A DNA stretch of 63,284 bases, filler included, from Octopus bimaculoides (lineage: Eukaryota): the NCBI RefSeq assembly GCF_001194135.2. It is 6 parts of 6 records of this genome, joined end to end, with 100 filler letters (N's around TTAATTAATTAA, not from the genome) between each part and the next. Parts side by side here need not be neighbours in the genome. Positions count along the whole stretch, not along the records: positions 22,348 to 39,519 come from NC_068985.1; 5 more parts are not named here. The stretch is one strand, 5' to 3'. Below the pieces are notes generated by a model, which ran no database searches, was not told where the DNA came from, and was given only the letters and a program-made list of their open reading frames with translations. Below are positions 26,144 through 38,750 of this stretch, piece after piece. The first letter of the stretch is position 1. Every line of letters begins with the position of its first letter. The position numbers were made by a program, and so were the translations under genes.

Positions 26144-28850
26144 CAGGGATGGGGAACCTTTTTCTACAAGAAGGCCACCCTACAATTCATCATCCCCCAT
26201 AGAGACCGCGTTGAACAAATTATTTTCAAGTTTTAGTCATTTTATCCCCTAAGTATTTTATTAGTAATCTAATAAAAGGAGACAAATGTGTAGAAATCGA
26301 AAGCATGATTTTTCAAATATTTTATTTGAATAAGTACTTTTATACAAATAATAGGTAAAAGAATAATATCGAAAGCAAGACATTTTCAGATATTTTATTG
26401 GATACAAGTAATAAGTAAATAAATAACAATCTTATAAAACGGATAGTTTATGAACATCGAGAATATAACATTTTCAAATATTTAATTTAGGCAAGTAGGC
26501 ACTTTTTTACAAATTAATGACTTCTTTGTATTTACTTTTTTTCTTTTTAAGAAAGCCTTTTGATATCATAGAGTTTCTTAGTTTCAATTGTTCCTCCAAA
26601 TGCTCATCTGTCAATTGCATTCTCAGCAAATTTTTGACTTGCGTCAAGTATGAGAATGTGAATTCACAACTGTATGTTGAAGAAAAGTAGGATATTAGTC
26701 GACGGGCATGTTCACGAAGACGAGAATATTCTACCGCATTTTTCCAAATTTCAATGGGATTTTCCCTCTTGTCAAACAGAGATTTAAGGATATTATCTTC
26801 AGACATTTCAATAAGCTCCATTTGTAACTCTTCGGGAGATACATCAACTAAGTGAGGCTGAAAAGCAAGTTTCAGAGTGAAGTTATGTTTTTCAAAGTCA
26901 TTGAATTTTTCTTATATTCTAATGAGTCTAAAACTGATCCGTCTTCTTCAAAAGATTCATAGATATCTTCTTCATTTTCACTTGGAAAGTGCTCAGAAAG
27001 TTTTGTTTAAGCCGAAATGCACTAGAAGAACATTTTTTTATAGATTCCCAAATATTTTGCCACGTATCATAAATACATTTATTTTCGTCTTGCATCGAAA
27101 TGTTTAACTCATTTTGTTTTGACATCACATCACATAAAAATGCAACATCTCTGTAAAAGTTTGGATCTGATAACTCACAATGCTTGTTGTTTCCTTTCAA
27201 AAAGTCAATTATTTGCCTTCGTAAAAATAAAATTTTGACCAATATTTTTCCTTGAGAAAACCAGCGTACTTTTGAGTGATAAGCCAAACCCACATTGATT
27301 ACTTTGCCATCCATCATTTGCATGTTTCGAAATTCACGATGTTTCAGGGCATTTGCTCGAATATAGTTTACAATACTGATAACCTTCTGTAAAGTGTCAT
27401 TTAAAAATGACAGGTTTTGCACGGAGATCTTGCTGATGTAAAATACAATGAAAAGAAATCAGTACATTTCTTTCTTTGGTTACTCTTTTATGATGCGCTA
27501 TAAATCCATCATTTTCAGCCATCATAGCTGGAGCACCATATGACATTGCTCTTTGAAGTTGTTAAAAATATCTATCCTTCTTGTCCTTCCTTTAAGGGTG
27601 CCTAAAGCAAATAATTCTTCATATAATTGAATATCACTAGTAACATCACGAATAAAATACAGTACTTGTACTGAATCTGTAGAATCTGGTGATTCATCCA
27701 AAGCTACTGAGCAATATAATTTTCTTTTGGGATTATATTTTACAATTGCTCTGTTACATTACGGGCGAATTTATGCTGTCGATCTGTATTAGTCCTTCTT
27801 GAAAGAGGCACCTCTTTATATTTGTTAACTTTATTGGGATCTATACATCTTACCACTTCTAAAATGCATTCCTTTATGAGTTCTGCGTCGCTGAATGGCT
27901 TACATGTTTTTCCAAGCAAATATTCAACTTTATAGCTGGTTTCTGTCGTAGCATTCCCTTGATGCAACACAGCTTGTAAAAATTGTCTTTGCTTTGTTTT
28001 CCATCTTTCAATTTCTGCAATGCTTACTTTCGAGACTCGCCCTATAATTTGGCATATTTATCGTCTTTATGAAGAGCATAATCTTGGTGTGCATTGAGTT
28101 TCCTAACCGTTACAATTGCGGTATCACAAAACAGGCAAGAAATTGTTCCTCCACTATTTACTAAAATATATTGCAATTCCCATTCTCCAATGAAATGATC
28201 ATGTTTTCTACTTTCAAAGTTCGTTTTAATCTTTTTGAAATAATTATGGATTAAAAAGAAATGTATTTATTCTGAAGAACCATAAAAAAAATAAAAGTTT
28301 AATAACGAATTTGTAAAGCCGGCCGCACACTGACCCAAATAAAAAAAGTCTTAGATAAGACAAGATAAGCTTGCATCCAAAATCATGTTTTTGGTTTTGA
28401 CTTTAGCAATTGTTACTACCATTCGAAACTGAACAACATCTAGATTAGCTATAATTCTTTTTTTCTGAAATTAGTACTATTATTTATCATTATCGAATTG
28501 TTGCAAAAATTATGTCAAATATCGATGGTTTCCAATCTCACAAAATAACGACAATTGTTGAAGTTAACACCAAGATTCCAAGAAAATGGTTGCAGGCACT
28601 GACTGACAGTGTCTTGTCTAAGACCGTTTTGTGTGAAGCAGTGAGCAGCCGCCTTAACAGAGAAGCAATGAACATGATCACTGTATCACTTATCAAATCT
28701 CAATGATAAAAAACAATTCTCTAAAATTAACGCACGCACTGATGGATTTACGGTTTCAAATAAAGCCATAACTAACTGAATCTCACTATACAAGGCCGTA
28801 TAGATGTAGAGACTCAAAGTCCGCATGAAGTTGGCCGCGACTACACTATT
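26144..28850 (-). mobile_element. hAT DNA transposon (Buster/Charlie, SPIN-like)
   Basis: Terminus CAGGGATGGGGAACC at 26144 preceded by TTCTAGGG (Charlie-type target). Transposase fragments on the minus strand. Right end is uncertain. Confidence 0.85.
26507..28240 (-). pseudogene. hAT transposase, frameshifted
   Basis: KPFSDAELIKECI...VPLSRRT; ALDESPDST region; ISIVNYIRANALKHREF...HSKVRWFSQG; FSSTYSCEFTFS...LTDEHLEEQLKL (dimerisation domain). Confidence 0.9.
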
Positions 28851-29627
28851 ACTAAGTACATAACACAGATCACGATGAAAAGGTGGACGAGACAGGAACT
28901 CTTTGTGTTATATGATATTGAAGGTCAGCGACCCGGGTGAGATAGGAATCTGCTAAACTGGATCTTAGGCAGGTGGGGGTGTAGGTGATATTTTATTATA
29001 GTATTCTTAGAAAAGTGGGAAGTAAGGAGAGGTCATAATATAAATTAAGAATAGAGAAAGAAAGAATAAATAAAGCAAAATTAAGGGTCAAGAAAAATAA
29101 AAGGATACAAGGCAGTTAGACATAGGGTTGGGGTTTAGGATTCACTAGTTAATGCTAAAGAATGAAGGGAGTTTGGCAGAGATACACAGAATTTAGGGGT
29201 ATGCTGTAGATANNNNNNNNNNGGTTTAGGATTCACTAGTTAATGCTAAAGAATGAAGGGAGTTTGGCAGAGATACACAGAATTTAGGTGTATGCTGTAG
29301 ATATTGGTTGAAGTTCTAACTTTTATGGAATAGTAGTGCTAGTAAAAGTAGAGCACTTCTTATCATAAAGAAGTTTAAATAATGAGATGTTACATAATGA
29401 ACTACAACTAGAAAAGAGTTAGAGGAAATACCAGAATGGATATCAAAGAAAGTCAGCAGTAGGGTGTAGTTTAATGATTAACAATATGGAATGTTTTAAA
29501 GGTGGTGTTGATATTATTTAATTACACAGTAAAATCACCTGTGTGTGAATCAGGTGAAGCAACTCCAGACAAAAGTCGTGGGTAAGAGGTTTGGATAGTG
29601 TGTTCTATCTATTAGTTAACAAACGCT

Positions 29628-29816
29628 AAGGTGATGTGCTGGCAGAACCGTTAGCACGCTTGACGAAATGCTTAGCGGTGTTTAGCCTGTCGCTACGCTC
29701 TGAGTTCCAATTCCGGCGATAACGACAGTGCTTTCCAGTACCAGTGAAACACTGGGGCGATGCAATCGACTATCCACCCGACGCCAGATTTGAGGCCTTA
29801 TGCCTCCAGTAGAAAG
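29628..29816 (+). mobile_element. SINE type D with target-site duplication
   Basis: ggcagaaccgttagcacg...gaaatgcttagcgg...tctgagtt. Flanked by tattagttaacaaacgct / gattatttaacaagcgct. Other type D pieces lie near 4535, 5310, 9260, 18300, 21700, 44752, 47065 and 50308. Confidence 0.85.
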
Positions 29817-30065
29817 GATTATTTAACAAGCGCTGCTCAAATAACTATATCTAATAGAATTGGAAAGGAACTGGCTAGGGTGTGCAGGCTGCTACTCCTA
29901 GGTTAGATATCTTTGCTATCGTTATTGCATAATACCGGGTACACCCCATATAAAATGGTTTGTTCCTTCAATATACCATATCATGCAATTATATCAAGAG
30001 CAGTTCGAAAATAACGGTAAAGGAAACGAAACTAGGAATCAAAAAGTAATAGATAGACCTAAGAG

Positions 30066-30311
30066 CTAATATGGAGATTGTTTAATGTCCTTGAAATATC
30101 TAAACATGCGGATAGCCTTATGTATGCAGGAAAGGTGAAGGTCTAGTTTATTATTTAGTAGGTTTTCACTAGTTGATCTCTTTAAAATTTCAAACAGCTC
30201 CATAGAACAAAGTCTGCACCCGTATCTGTTGTTTAAGTATGGTTTCCAACTCAGAACGAATTTAACATTGTCTTCCTTTAGGTCCCAAATCTTCGTGGCT
30301 AGAGTCGTCAT
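30066..30311 (-). pseudogene. C-terminal part of a Neptune-type GIY-YIG endonuclease
   Basis: TTLATKIWDLKEDNVKFVLSWK..CRLCSMELFEILK..LLNNKLDLHLSCIHK aligns with the EN end at 24100-24310 of this window. Confidence 0.75.
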
Positions 30312-32023
30312 ACCAACACTATGTCTTAATTGATAGGAAGAATAGTGATTACATAAGTGCCCCTTGATATTTACAGAGCAGCCGATATAAATACAAGTAT
30401 AATAGATACAAGTATAATAAACGAGACCTTCGACTTTCCTGTATAAATAAGGCTATCCGCACGTTTAAATATTTCAAGGACATTAAACAATCTCCATAAT
30501 AGCTCATAACCTAGGGCCAATCTAATTTACTGTCACTTTTTGCTGACCCAATAGTCAGTCGATCTCCCTATTAGTGCCCGAGTCCTTCTAGTCTCGTTTC
30601 CCTTTACCATTACTTTCTAACCGCTCTTACTATACTTGCAAGGTAGGATCAGGTATTAAGCAATAGCGATAGCAAAAACATCTAGCCTAGGACTCACAGC
30701 CTGCAGACCTTAGCCAGTTCATTTCCAATTCTAATAGATACAGTTATTTGAGCTACGCTTGTTAAATAATAGATAGAATACACTATTCAAACCTTTGACC
30801 CACGACTTTTGTCTGGAGTTGCTTTACCTGATTTACACACAGGGGATTATACTATCTAATTAAATCATATCAACGCCAACTTTGTATCCTTCCAAATTGT
30901 TAATACTTCTGGCATTCTTTGATATCCGATCTGGTATTTCCTCTAATTCCATTCTGAGTGGAGTTTATTATGTAATCCGTCCTTCTTTAAACTCCTTAAT
31001 GATATGTAGTACTCACATTACATCTTATTATTCGATTGTCTTCGTACATTCCTCCAAATTTTAACCAATATCCATAGAACACCTCTAAAGCCTGTGTATC
31101 TCTGCCAAACTCCCTTCATATTTCAGCATTAGCTTGTGAATCCTAAATCCCAACCCTATGCCTAACTGCCTTGTATTCTATTATTTTTCTTCACCCTTAC
31201 TTTTGCTTTATTTATTCTTTCTTTCTTTATCCTTAATTTATATTAAGACCTTTTCTTACTTCCCACTGCTCTAAGAATACTATAATAAAATATCACCTAC
31301 ACCCACTCCAGCCTACCAGTTTAGCAGACTCCTATCTCACTCGGCTAATATGATATCTCACCTTAGATATCATATTACACACTTTCAAGAACTATATTCT
31401 TAACCTCAACGACCAAATTTGTTGGTCATTTTCCCATTTCATAGTTGGTTTCGGCAAACTTCAGCCCCACCCCTGCTATACACTTGGGATAATCTTTTAT
31501 TCGCAAATTTACTTTTCATCTGATGATTATGTTGTTTTTTTTTTGTTTGTAATGGATTAATGTTCTCATTCTTCTATTAAAAATGATACGTAAGAAACAG
31601 TTGTAATGGGCTGACAATTATCCGTCGTATGTGATTACTCATTTGAGAATACATATAATGGGCATTGTCCAGTGTCCCCTGATCTCCGATAACTCAACAT
31701 GGCATTGTAACACTCTGTCTTGAGATATTGCCTGACGAGCATAGTATATTGCACAACTTGGGTATTGTATTACGTCCACTTCGAAATAATTATCCCTAAT
31801 GAAACAACCTGAGCAACACTCGCCTATCTATTTATTTATTATATGTGTGTGCGTGTATGTGTGCGTGTGCATGCTCGCGTGCGTACGTGCGTGTGTGCTT
31901 GTGTTTGCGTATATATGCACTGTGTGTGTATTTATGTCTTTCTAATTCTAAGCTAATAATCGGAAGTCAAACAATCTGTCGTAGATAAAAACTTACATTC
32001 AATTTCTTTATGAATCTCTCGTA

Positions 32024-33530
32024 TGTGCAGGAATGAGTATGTGATACGAAGCTTGCTTCCCAACTACATGGTTCCGGGTTCAGTCCCACGGCACGGTACA
32101 CTGGGCACCTGTCTTCTACTATAGCTGCGGAGCGACCAATGCCTTGTGAGTGCGTTTAGTAAATAGAAACTGAAGATATATANNNNNNNNNNNNNNNNNN
32201 NNNNNNNNNNNNNNNNNNNNNNNNNNNNNNNNNNNNNNNNNNNNNNNNNNNNNNNNNNNNNNNNNNNNNNNNNNNNNNNNNNNNNNNNNNNNNNNNNNNN
32301 NNNNNNNNNNNNNNNNNNNNNNNNNNNNNNNNNNNNNNNNNNNNNNNNNNNNNNNNNNNNNNNNNNNNNNNNNNNNNNNNNNNNNNNNNNNNNNNNNNNN
32401 NNNNNNNNNNNNNNNNNNNNNNNNNNNNNNNNNNNNNNNNNNNNNNNNNNNNNNNNNNNNNNNNNNNNNNNNNNNNNNNNNNNNNNNNNNNNNNNNNNNN
32501 NNNNNNNNNNNNNNNNNNNNNNNNNNNNNNNNNNNNNNNNNNNNNNNNNNNNNNNNNNNNNNNNNNNNNNNNNNNNNNNNNNNNNNNNNNNNNNNNNNNN
32601 NNNNNNNNNNNNNNNNNNNNNNNNNNNNNNNNNNNNNNNNNNNNNNNNNNNNNNNNNNNNNNNNNNNNNNNNNNNNNNNNNNNNNNNNNNNNNNNNNNNN
32701 NNNNNNNNNNNNNNNNNNNNNNNNNNNNNNNNNNNNNNNNNNNNNNNNNNNNNNNNNNNNNNNNNNNNNNNNNNNNNNNNNNNNNNNNNNNNNNNNNNNN
32801 NNNNNNNNNNNNNNNNNNNNNNNNNNNNNNNNNNNNNNNNNNNNNNNNNNNNNNNNNNNNNNNNNNNNNNNNNNNNNNNNNNNNNNNNNNNNNNNNNNNN
32901 NNNNNNNNNNNNNNNNNNNNNNNNNNNNNNNNNNNNNNNNNNNNNNNNNNNNNNNNNNNNNNNNNNNNNNNNNNNNNNNNNNNNNNNNNNNNNNNNNTAT
33001 GCGCGCGCATTCGCCATTTATTTCAATTACTCTTGTGAGGATATTCACGTAAATCGTTTTTTTAATTTAATCCCCATTTTAATTTTGGTAAAAGTTTCGA
33101 AGTACCAATGAGGCTTTTTGGCACATCTTCAATTTTCCCCATTCATGAGAGGCGCCCAGCCATCATTCATCTGAGAGTCCATCTACAGAATGTCCTCTCA
33201 AATTTCTATACAGCATATTTTGCCTTTTTTTCTTCAAGTATATAAGCAACAATTGCATTCCCGAGCAACGCCGGGTGCCTCTGCTAGTATATATATATAT
33301 ATATAATCTTTGTGCGCGTCTTTGCGTCTCTGTTTGTCATCACCACCGCTTGACATGCGGTGTTGGTGTGCCTACGTCCATGTAACCTAGTGGTCCGACA
33401 AAAGACAATACCATTACTATGCTTAAAAGGATAAATACTGGGGGCAATTCATTCGACTAAAAATTGTTCAAGGCGGTGTCCTACTATGGGAGCAGTCAAG
33501 TGATTGAAACAATGGAAAGATAAAAGTGAT
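32024..33530 (+). mobile_element. SINE type A split by a Helitron in its internal (TA)n
   Basis: Head 32024-32177, gap, Helitron 3' part, tail 33305-33530. Confidence 0.7.
32998..33287 (+). mobile_element. Non-autonomous Helitron, 3' part
   Basis: Subterminal hairpin CCCGAGCAACGCCGGG (33260-33275), then CTAG (33284-33287) followed by T. Internal STNEAFWHIFNFP/IHERRPAIIHLRVHLQN matches a RepHel motif. Confidence 0.85.
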
Positions 33531-33852
33531 ACTATTGTTACCATCATACTGTAGATAACTTTGAAATTATATTTTTGCAAGCATAGGCAACATCAGGAAT
33601 TATTTCATACTTTCAATTATTAGATTTTATAATTTATTATACTCCTTGGTACCTATGCAAAAGTATGAAATGAATTCAAATGATGACAGAAAGTATTTAT
33701 TAACTGAATATAAAAGAAATAAACGAAAACAATAACGTGCATACTCATTCATAATATATTTCGTCAGATTCGAACTTGAATATGCTAATCACCATTCTAT
33801 CGAGCCTACGGAGGGTAGCTCTTTATTCTTCCTTTTTATACTTCTCTCATAG

Positions 33853-34022
33853 CTTCTCTTTCATTTACACTTCTTATTCTCCTTCGTATTCCGCCCCTGT
33901 CTGTTTGATTCTTTTTCACTGTGGGTGTAGCGCTCATTTACTCATCATGTGCCACGCACCTTTTATGTTAATGATCCCTATCCCTCTTCTCCCAACCTGT
34001 CTTTCTATACGATATAAAGCGT
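33853..34022 (+). repeat. Unclassified ~170-bp repeat, copy 1
   Basis: Aligns with 37591-37765 (shared ttgattctttttcactgtgggtgtagcg, ttatgttaatgatccctatccctctt). Confidence 0.85.
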
Positions 34023-37000
34023 GACTTGAGAAATCAACCTACCAACCAACCAAACGACCAACGTTTATATCGATGATTACAAAAGCTATAACGTATTCAT
34101 TGTTTTTTTTAAGCAAAATAGTATCTATCATGTGTTAAGAGGGGGTATAAGTTAGTAAGGATGAGAGTATATAGGTCATAAGATTTATGTCATCTAAAAA
34201 GGATCCGTCCAATATATAAGAAATTCATATTTTTAAAATTGTCTTTCAGACCTCTCATCCGCTAATAATGTACCTAAGCGTTTCAGAATTTAACGTCATG
34301 ATCGATTAGTTTTCTACCAGGAGAGCTTCATTTGTCGCTCATCCACTTAAAGCTGTGCATCCGCAAGAAAACTAATCACCCAATGAATCATCGGGAATTT
34401 GAGAGAAAGAAATATCTTTTGACTATCCTTTACCCGATCATTTTTTCTTTGCAATGCACATACGGAGATAATATAATTCCTGTTTCTTCGGGGACGCCAT
34501 ATCTGAAATGGAAATTTCGAATGAAATGCTTCAGTGGAACATGGACAGTCTTAGCATTTTGATATGTTCTTCCAATTTCTTTTTAAAGAAAATTGTTCAT
34601 CGAAGCAGCAATTTTCATTTCATCCTTCGTTCTGAAGGCAACATATGATAATAAGTGATTCAAACAAAAAGTAAACAATATTATTGCATATTTATTCTCC
34701 ATCAGTGATTTTCATTGAAGGTCATATTACAGGTTGCTGGCCATATTAAGTTCCATTTCCATTTAAATGCCAATAATGATGAGGCTGCTACTTTATTATT
34801 GTTTTATATTCTACCTTCCAAACTTCTGATTTGCTCCCAACTTCTCGTTAGCCGGACGCTTATCAATATAAGACCCTTTCTACTTTTATTTTTCACACAT
34901 TTAATTCGTTTATATTACATTTAAGGAATTTGAATTTTGAAATTTGGACTTGCAGCGTCCAGCGGTGCCAAATTTAATCCCTCACAACCGAAGTGAGTTT
35001 TGAAGTGTTAATTCCTAGGAAAGAGGATTTCTAAGGAATTGTCATGGACAGCATTTACTACCTTTGTATATGTGTGTATGTACATATGTGGGTGTATATC
35101 TATGTATGTGTATATATACATATATATATANNNNNNNNNNNNNNNNNNNNNNNNNNNNNNNNNNNNNNNNNNNNNNNNNNNNNNNNNNNNNNNNNNNNNN
35201 NNNNNNNNNNNNNNNNNNNNNNNNNNNNNNNNNNNNNNNNNNNNNNNNNNNNNNNNNNNATATAAATATATATATATATATGAATATATATAGAGAGAGA
35301 AATCTGAAGTGCAAATAAGTACATTGGTTCACAAACATTATAATAAAAATCCTTACGTGAGAAGGAAGACAATACCTTATTATTGCTTATCTTAGCATTA
35401 AAATTTAAGGATGATGAGACATAATCGCATTAATTTCAATCGCTGCCTTGAACGTAATATTTAAAGGTACGATATATTGCTGTGATAGCAACAACTGAGA
35501 GATTCTAACGTAATCTTTGAATATAAAACACAATGAAACGCTGAATATTAATGGAAAAATTAAATATATTTGGAACAAACCTTGTATATAACTTCAGAAC
35601 CTATAAGACATTGCTCATATTACAAACTATTGTTCTTATTATATCGAAAGTTTTTTTTTTGAAGAGTAATTTCATTTTTGCATACGAAATATGCAGCGAA
35701 ACAACACGTCCCGTATGTATATACGCTCATATATATTGACGTGTGTTATGAGTGTAAATATAGAAGTTAATATATTCATGCCGCATACTAATGAATTCCT
35801 AATGTTCAAACGACTTAAGATGCACGTATGTCCATATGCATAGTTTTCTCTGTATATTGTTGTACGCGCGGCCAAGGATTAGATTTAAAAATTCACAGCT
35901 TCATTATTCCAGTTATAGGCCTACAAAGAATCAAACTTCAGAAGATATGAAATTTAAATCCAAATGTATAAATAAAACATGCAATTTTCTCAGAGATATT
36001 GATCACGTTCTTTCTTGCTTAATTCAAGCTGTATTATACATTATACATATATACACAAAACAACACACTAAACACCTACACATGTTCATATCTAACTAAT
36101 TAACTATATATTCCCGTACATATGGATGGATATGAATGTGTGTGCATGTGTGGGTACGTGGGTATGTGTATGTGTACGTGTGCAATTTATTTTTCTTAAC
36201 TAATTTTGTTTTAATTATGCGTATAACTCTAGGCCACAAATGGTCTCTATCCATTTTGTTGTATATATGTCTAAGTGCTTTGTATTCCTAGAGATGGAAA
36301 ACTTATGACTTCCAATGAAGTAGAATCAGTTGCCCATAGCCGGCCTTTTGTCTCCAGAAAAATAAAGCAGGTTGTTATTTTCTCAGTAGCATTTTAATTT
36401 CGGAGAATTGTTGTTTGAAATTATTCTCCTACTCATTCGGAATCAGCTGGTTTATATTGTTGCGAGTGCGGATGAGAAGGTTGCTGCGATTTCCCACATT
36501 TGTGATTTCACATTTGACTGAATATAATGAGTTATAATTAATATTTCTTTGTCATGCTATAGGTATGCACAAATATGACATAAACATGTGTGTGTGTTTG
36601 TATTATGTTTATAAATTGCCTATTAAAATGCATGACATATTTAAAGTTTTATGTGCTCCATCGTATGCTGAAAAGAATGGACGACAAGACAGATAACGTA
36701 GTCGGAATTAAAGTCTTATATAATGTACCAGGCTTCATGAGTTTTCTCTGTTCCTATTCCAGAATGCGGGTAAATGTCCCTCACATTCTACCATATCTGA
36801 AATTATGAAGACTGTCTAACCACATCGGAGGAAGTAGTCATTTGTAGAACCGATCTATCTCGTCCGTAACCTTTGGTAAAGATCCGCGTGATGAACAGAA
36901 TTTTACCCTCACTTTCGAAATCAGAGAGATGATGTCGCATATTTCTATCCACAAATGAGCTGAAAATGCAAGATCTAATTGATTACTTTCTAGTCATACA

Positions 37001-37590
37001 TTCGTAAAAGAAATATTACGCATAGTTTGTCCAGACTGAGATTAGTACCCTATCATCGCTAAAATTGAAATTTATTCCTAATGCTGACAAAGTTGTTAAT
37101 TTTGAAACTAAAATCAGAACTGTAATAATCGTTGTAATCCCTAACTTCAAGAAGACAATATCCAACCATGGACGTATTTTGCTCTTAAGATTTGGTAGTA
37201 GATCTCTTTTGAGTAAATGCCACTAAGATTCACTTCAAATTATTAGAAATCCTCGAGTTATGATTTCTTACACAAATTGCAGAACCTTAAAATTGCTAAA
37301 TTTCTATATGAGAGAAAGTTATAAATAATTTTGGTTTCTAATCGCACAAAAATATGTTTTAATCGGTTGATCTACTTGTAAATAAGTGCTCGCAACTACC
37401 CTTATATTCTAAGGAAATATATACTTCGTTTGTCACTAACAACACTGCAGCTTGATTATGTTGAAAAACATAATAGTTTGTCGCAGTCATAAGGTGCACA
37501 CAAAATAGTCAATCGTTATCTTCCATGTATTTTGGCAAATGAATACTCATAAAATAAATTAGTGGAAGTTATATTTCTTTATTCCTCCAT

Positions 37591-37765
37591 CTTCTCTTTC
37601 ATTTACACTCCTTACTCCCCTTCGTAATCCACCCCTGTCTCTTTGATTCTTTTTCACTGTGGGTGTAGCGTTCATTTACTCACCGGGTGCCATGCACCTC
37701 TTATGTTAATGATCCCTATCCCTCTTCCATTCTCTCACCCTTTCTTTCTATACGGTATAAAGCGT
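37591..37765 (+). repeat. Unclassified ~170-bp repeat, copy 2
   Basis: Direct repeat of 33853-34022. Confidence 0.85.
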
Positions 37766-38021
37766 ATAGTTATATTTATTTATACAATTCCATGTCCATA
37801 AAAATTATTGTTTAAAAAAATTATTGTTTAAAAAAATTACTATTAACTTAGAATACTTTTATACAATCCTACTATGAACAAACATTTCAAATTGTAAAAT
37901 AGTTACTCCGATAATAACATGTATGAGATGGAAGAGGAGCCGACAGAGGAAATTTGGGTACAAAATGAGGCCAGCAAACAAACAAACAAAAAATGGTTTA
38001 GAACCATACCTGAAGACTATA

Positions 38022-38750
38022 AGAGGACGGGCTGAAACGTTCATAGGCTAATTATATAGGAGTGATGCTAGAGCTGTGAAATCTTGAGGGTATTTATTTC
38101 AACCCCTCTTATTAATAATTACCTTGTTTCTTTCCAGATAAACTGACATTTGACTGTTCAAAGAAGACTTCGAATGTAAATAGTAACGACTTCACTTGAA
38201 AATGGAGAGAATTTGGCATCGTGATGTTATCAAGTACCTGCAGAAAGGTTCGTCCCCAACAACATTCATGCTGACATGGTTGCTTTATTGGAGGATGATA
38301 CTCCAGCTTTATCAACAGTGCAAAAATGGGAAGCTGAATTTAAGGAGGGAACGAAGAGTCTTGAAATTGGCTCAAGGTCTGGATGTCCTGCAATTGCCAC
38401 CAACGGAGAAAACATTGATCGTGTTCACCACATGTTAACGAATGAAAAGAAAGTGATTATAAATCAAATAGGCAATGCTGTTAGTATATCCCGTAGGAGA
38501 GTTGAGAATATTCTTCACAATTAAATTGGCATGATGAAGGTTTATATTTGGTGGGTGCCACCTCTTCTGATATCTGATCAAAAGCTCATCAGGCTAATCC
38601 CATAACGAGAAAATCTGATATTGTTTGAGGTAGATACACCTGGTTTCCTTGAACGTTTCTTAAGCCAGGATTAATGCTGGCTTCATCAATTTGAGCCAGA
38701 AACAAAGGGACAATCTATACAGGGGAAACACCCTCATCCTCTGCTTCAAA
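38022..38750 (+). mobile_element. Mariner transposon 5' half, decayed
   Basis: TIR-like TA|AGAGGACGGGCTGAAACGTTCATAG. HTH region STVQKWEAEFKEG...RSGCP...ENIDRVHHM; WWVPPLL (WVPHEL-like); QD*CWLHQFEPETKGQS. Confidence 0.85.

Larger units (their letters stand above)
28904..31381. mobile_element. Penelope-like (Neptune-type) relic with ~1-kb inverted pseudo-LTRs (foldback)
   Basis: 28904-30155 is the reverse complement of 30415-31381 (diverged, with indels). The spacer encodes a GIY-YIG C-terminus, and both arms begin with its last codons. Confidence 0.8.

Noticed and set aside
29132-29303. 81-bp tandem duplication around a 10-N gap (similar case at ~43505-43682)
   Set aside because: Near-identical sequence on both sides of a minimal gap indicates uncollapsed contig or haplotype overlap.
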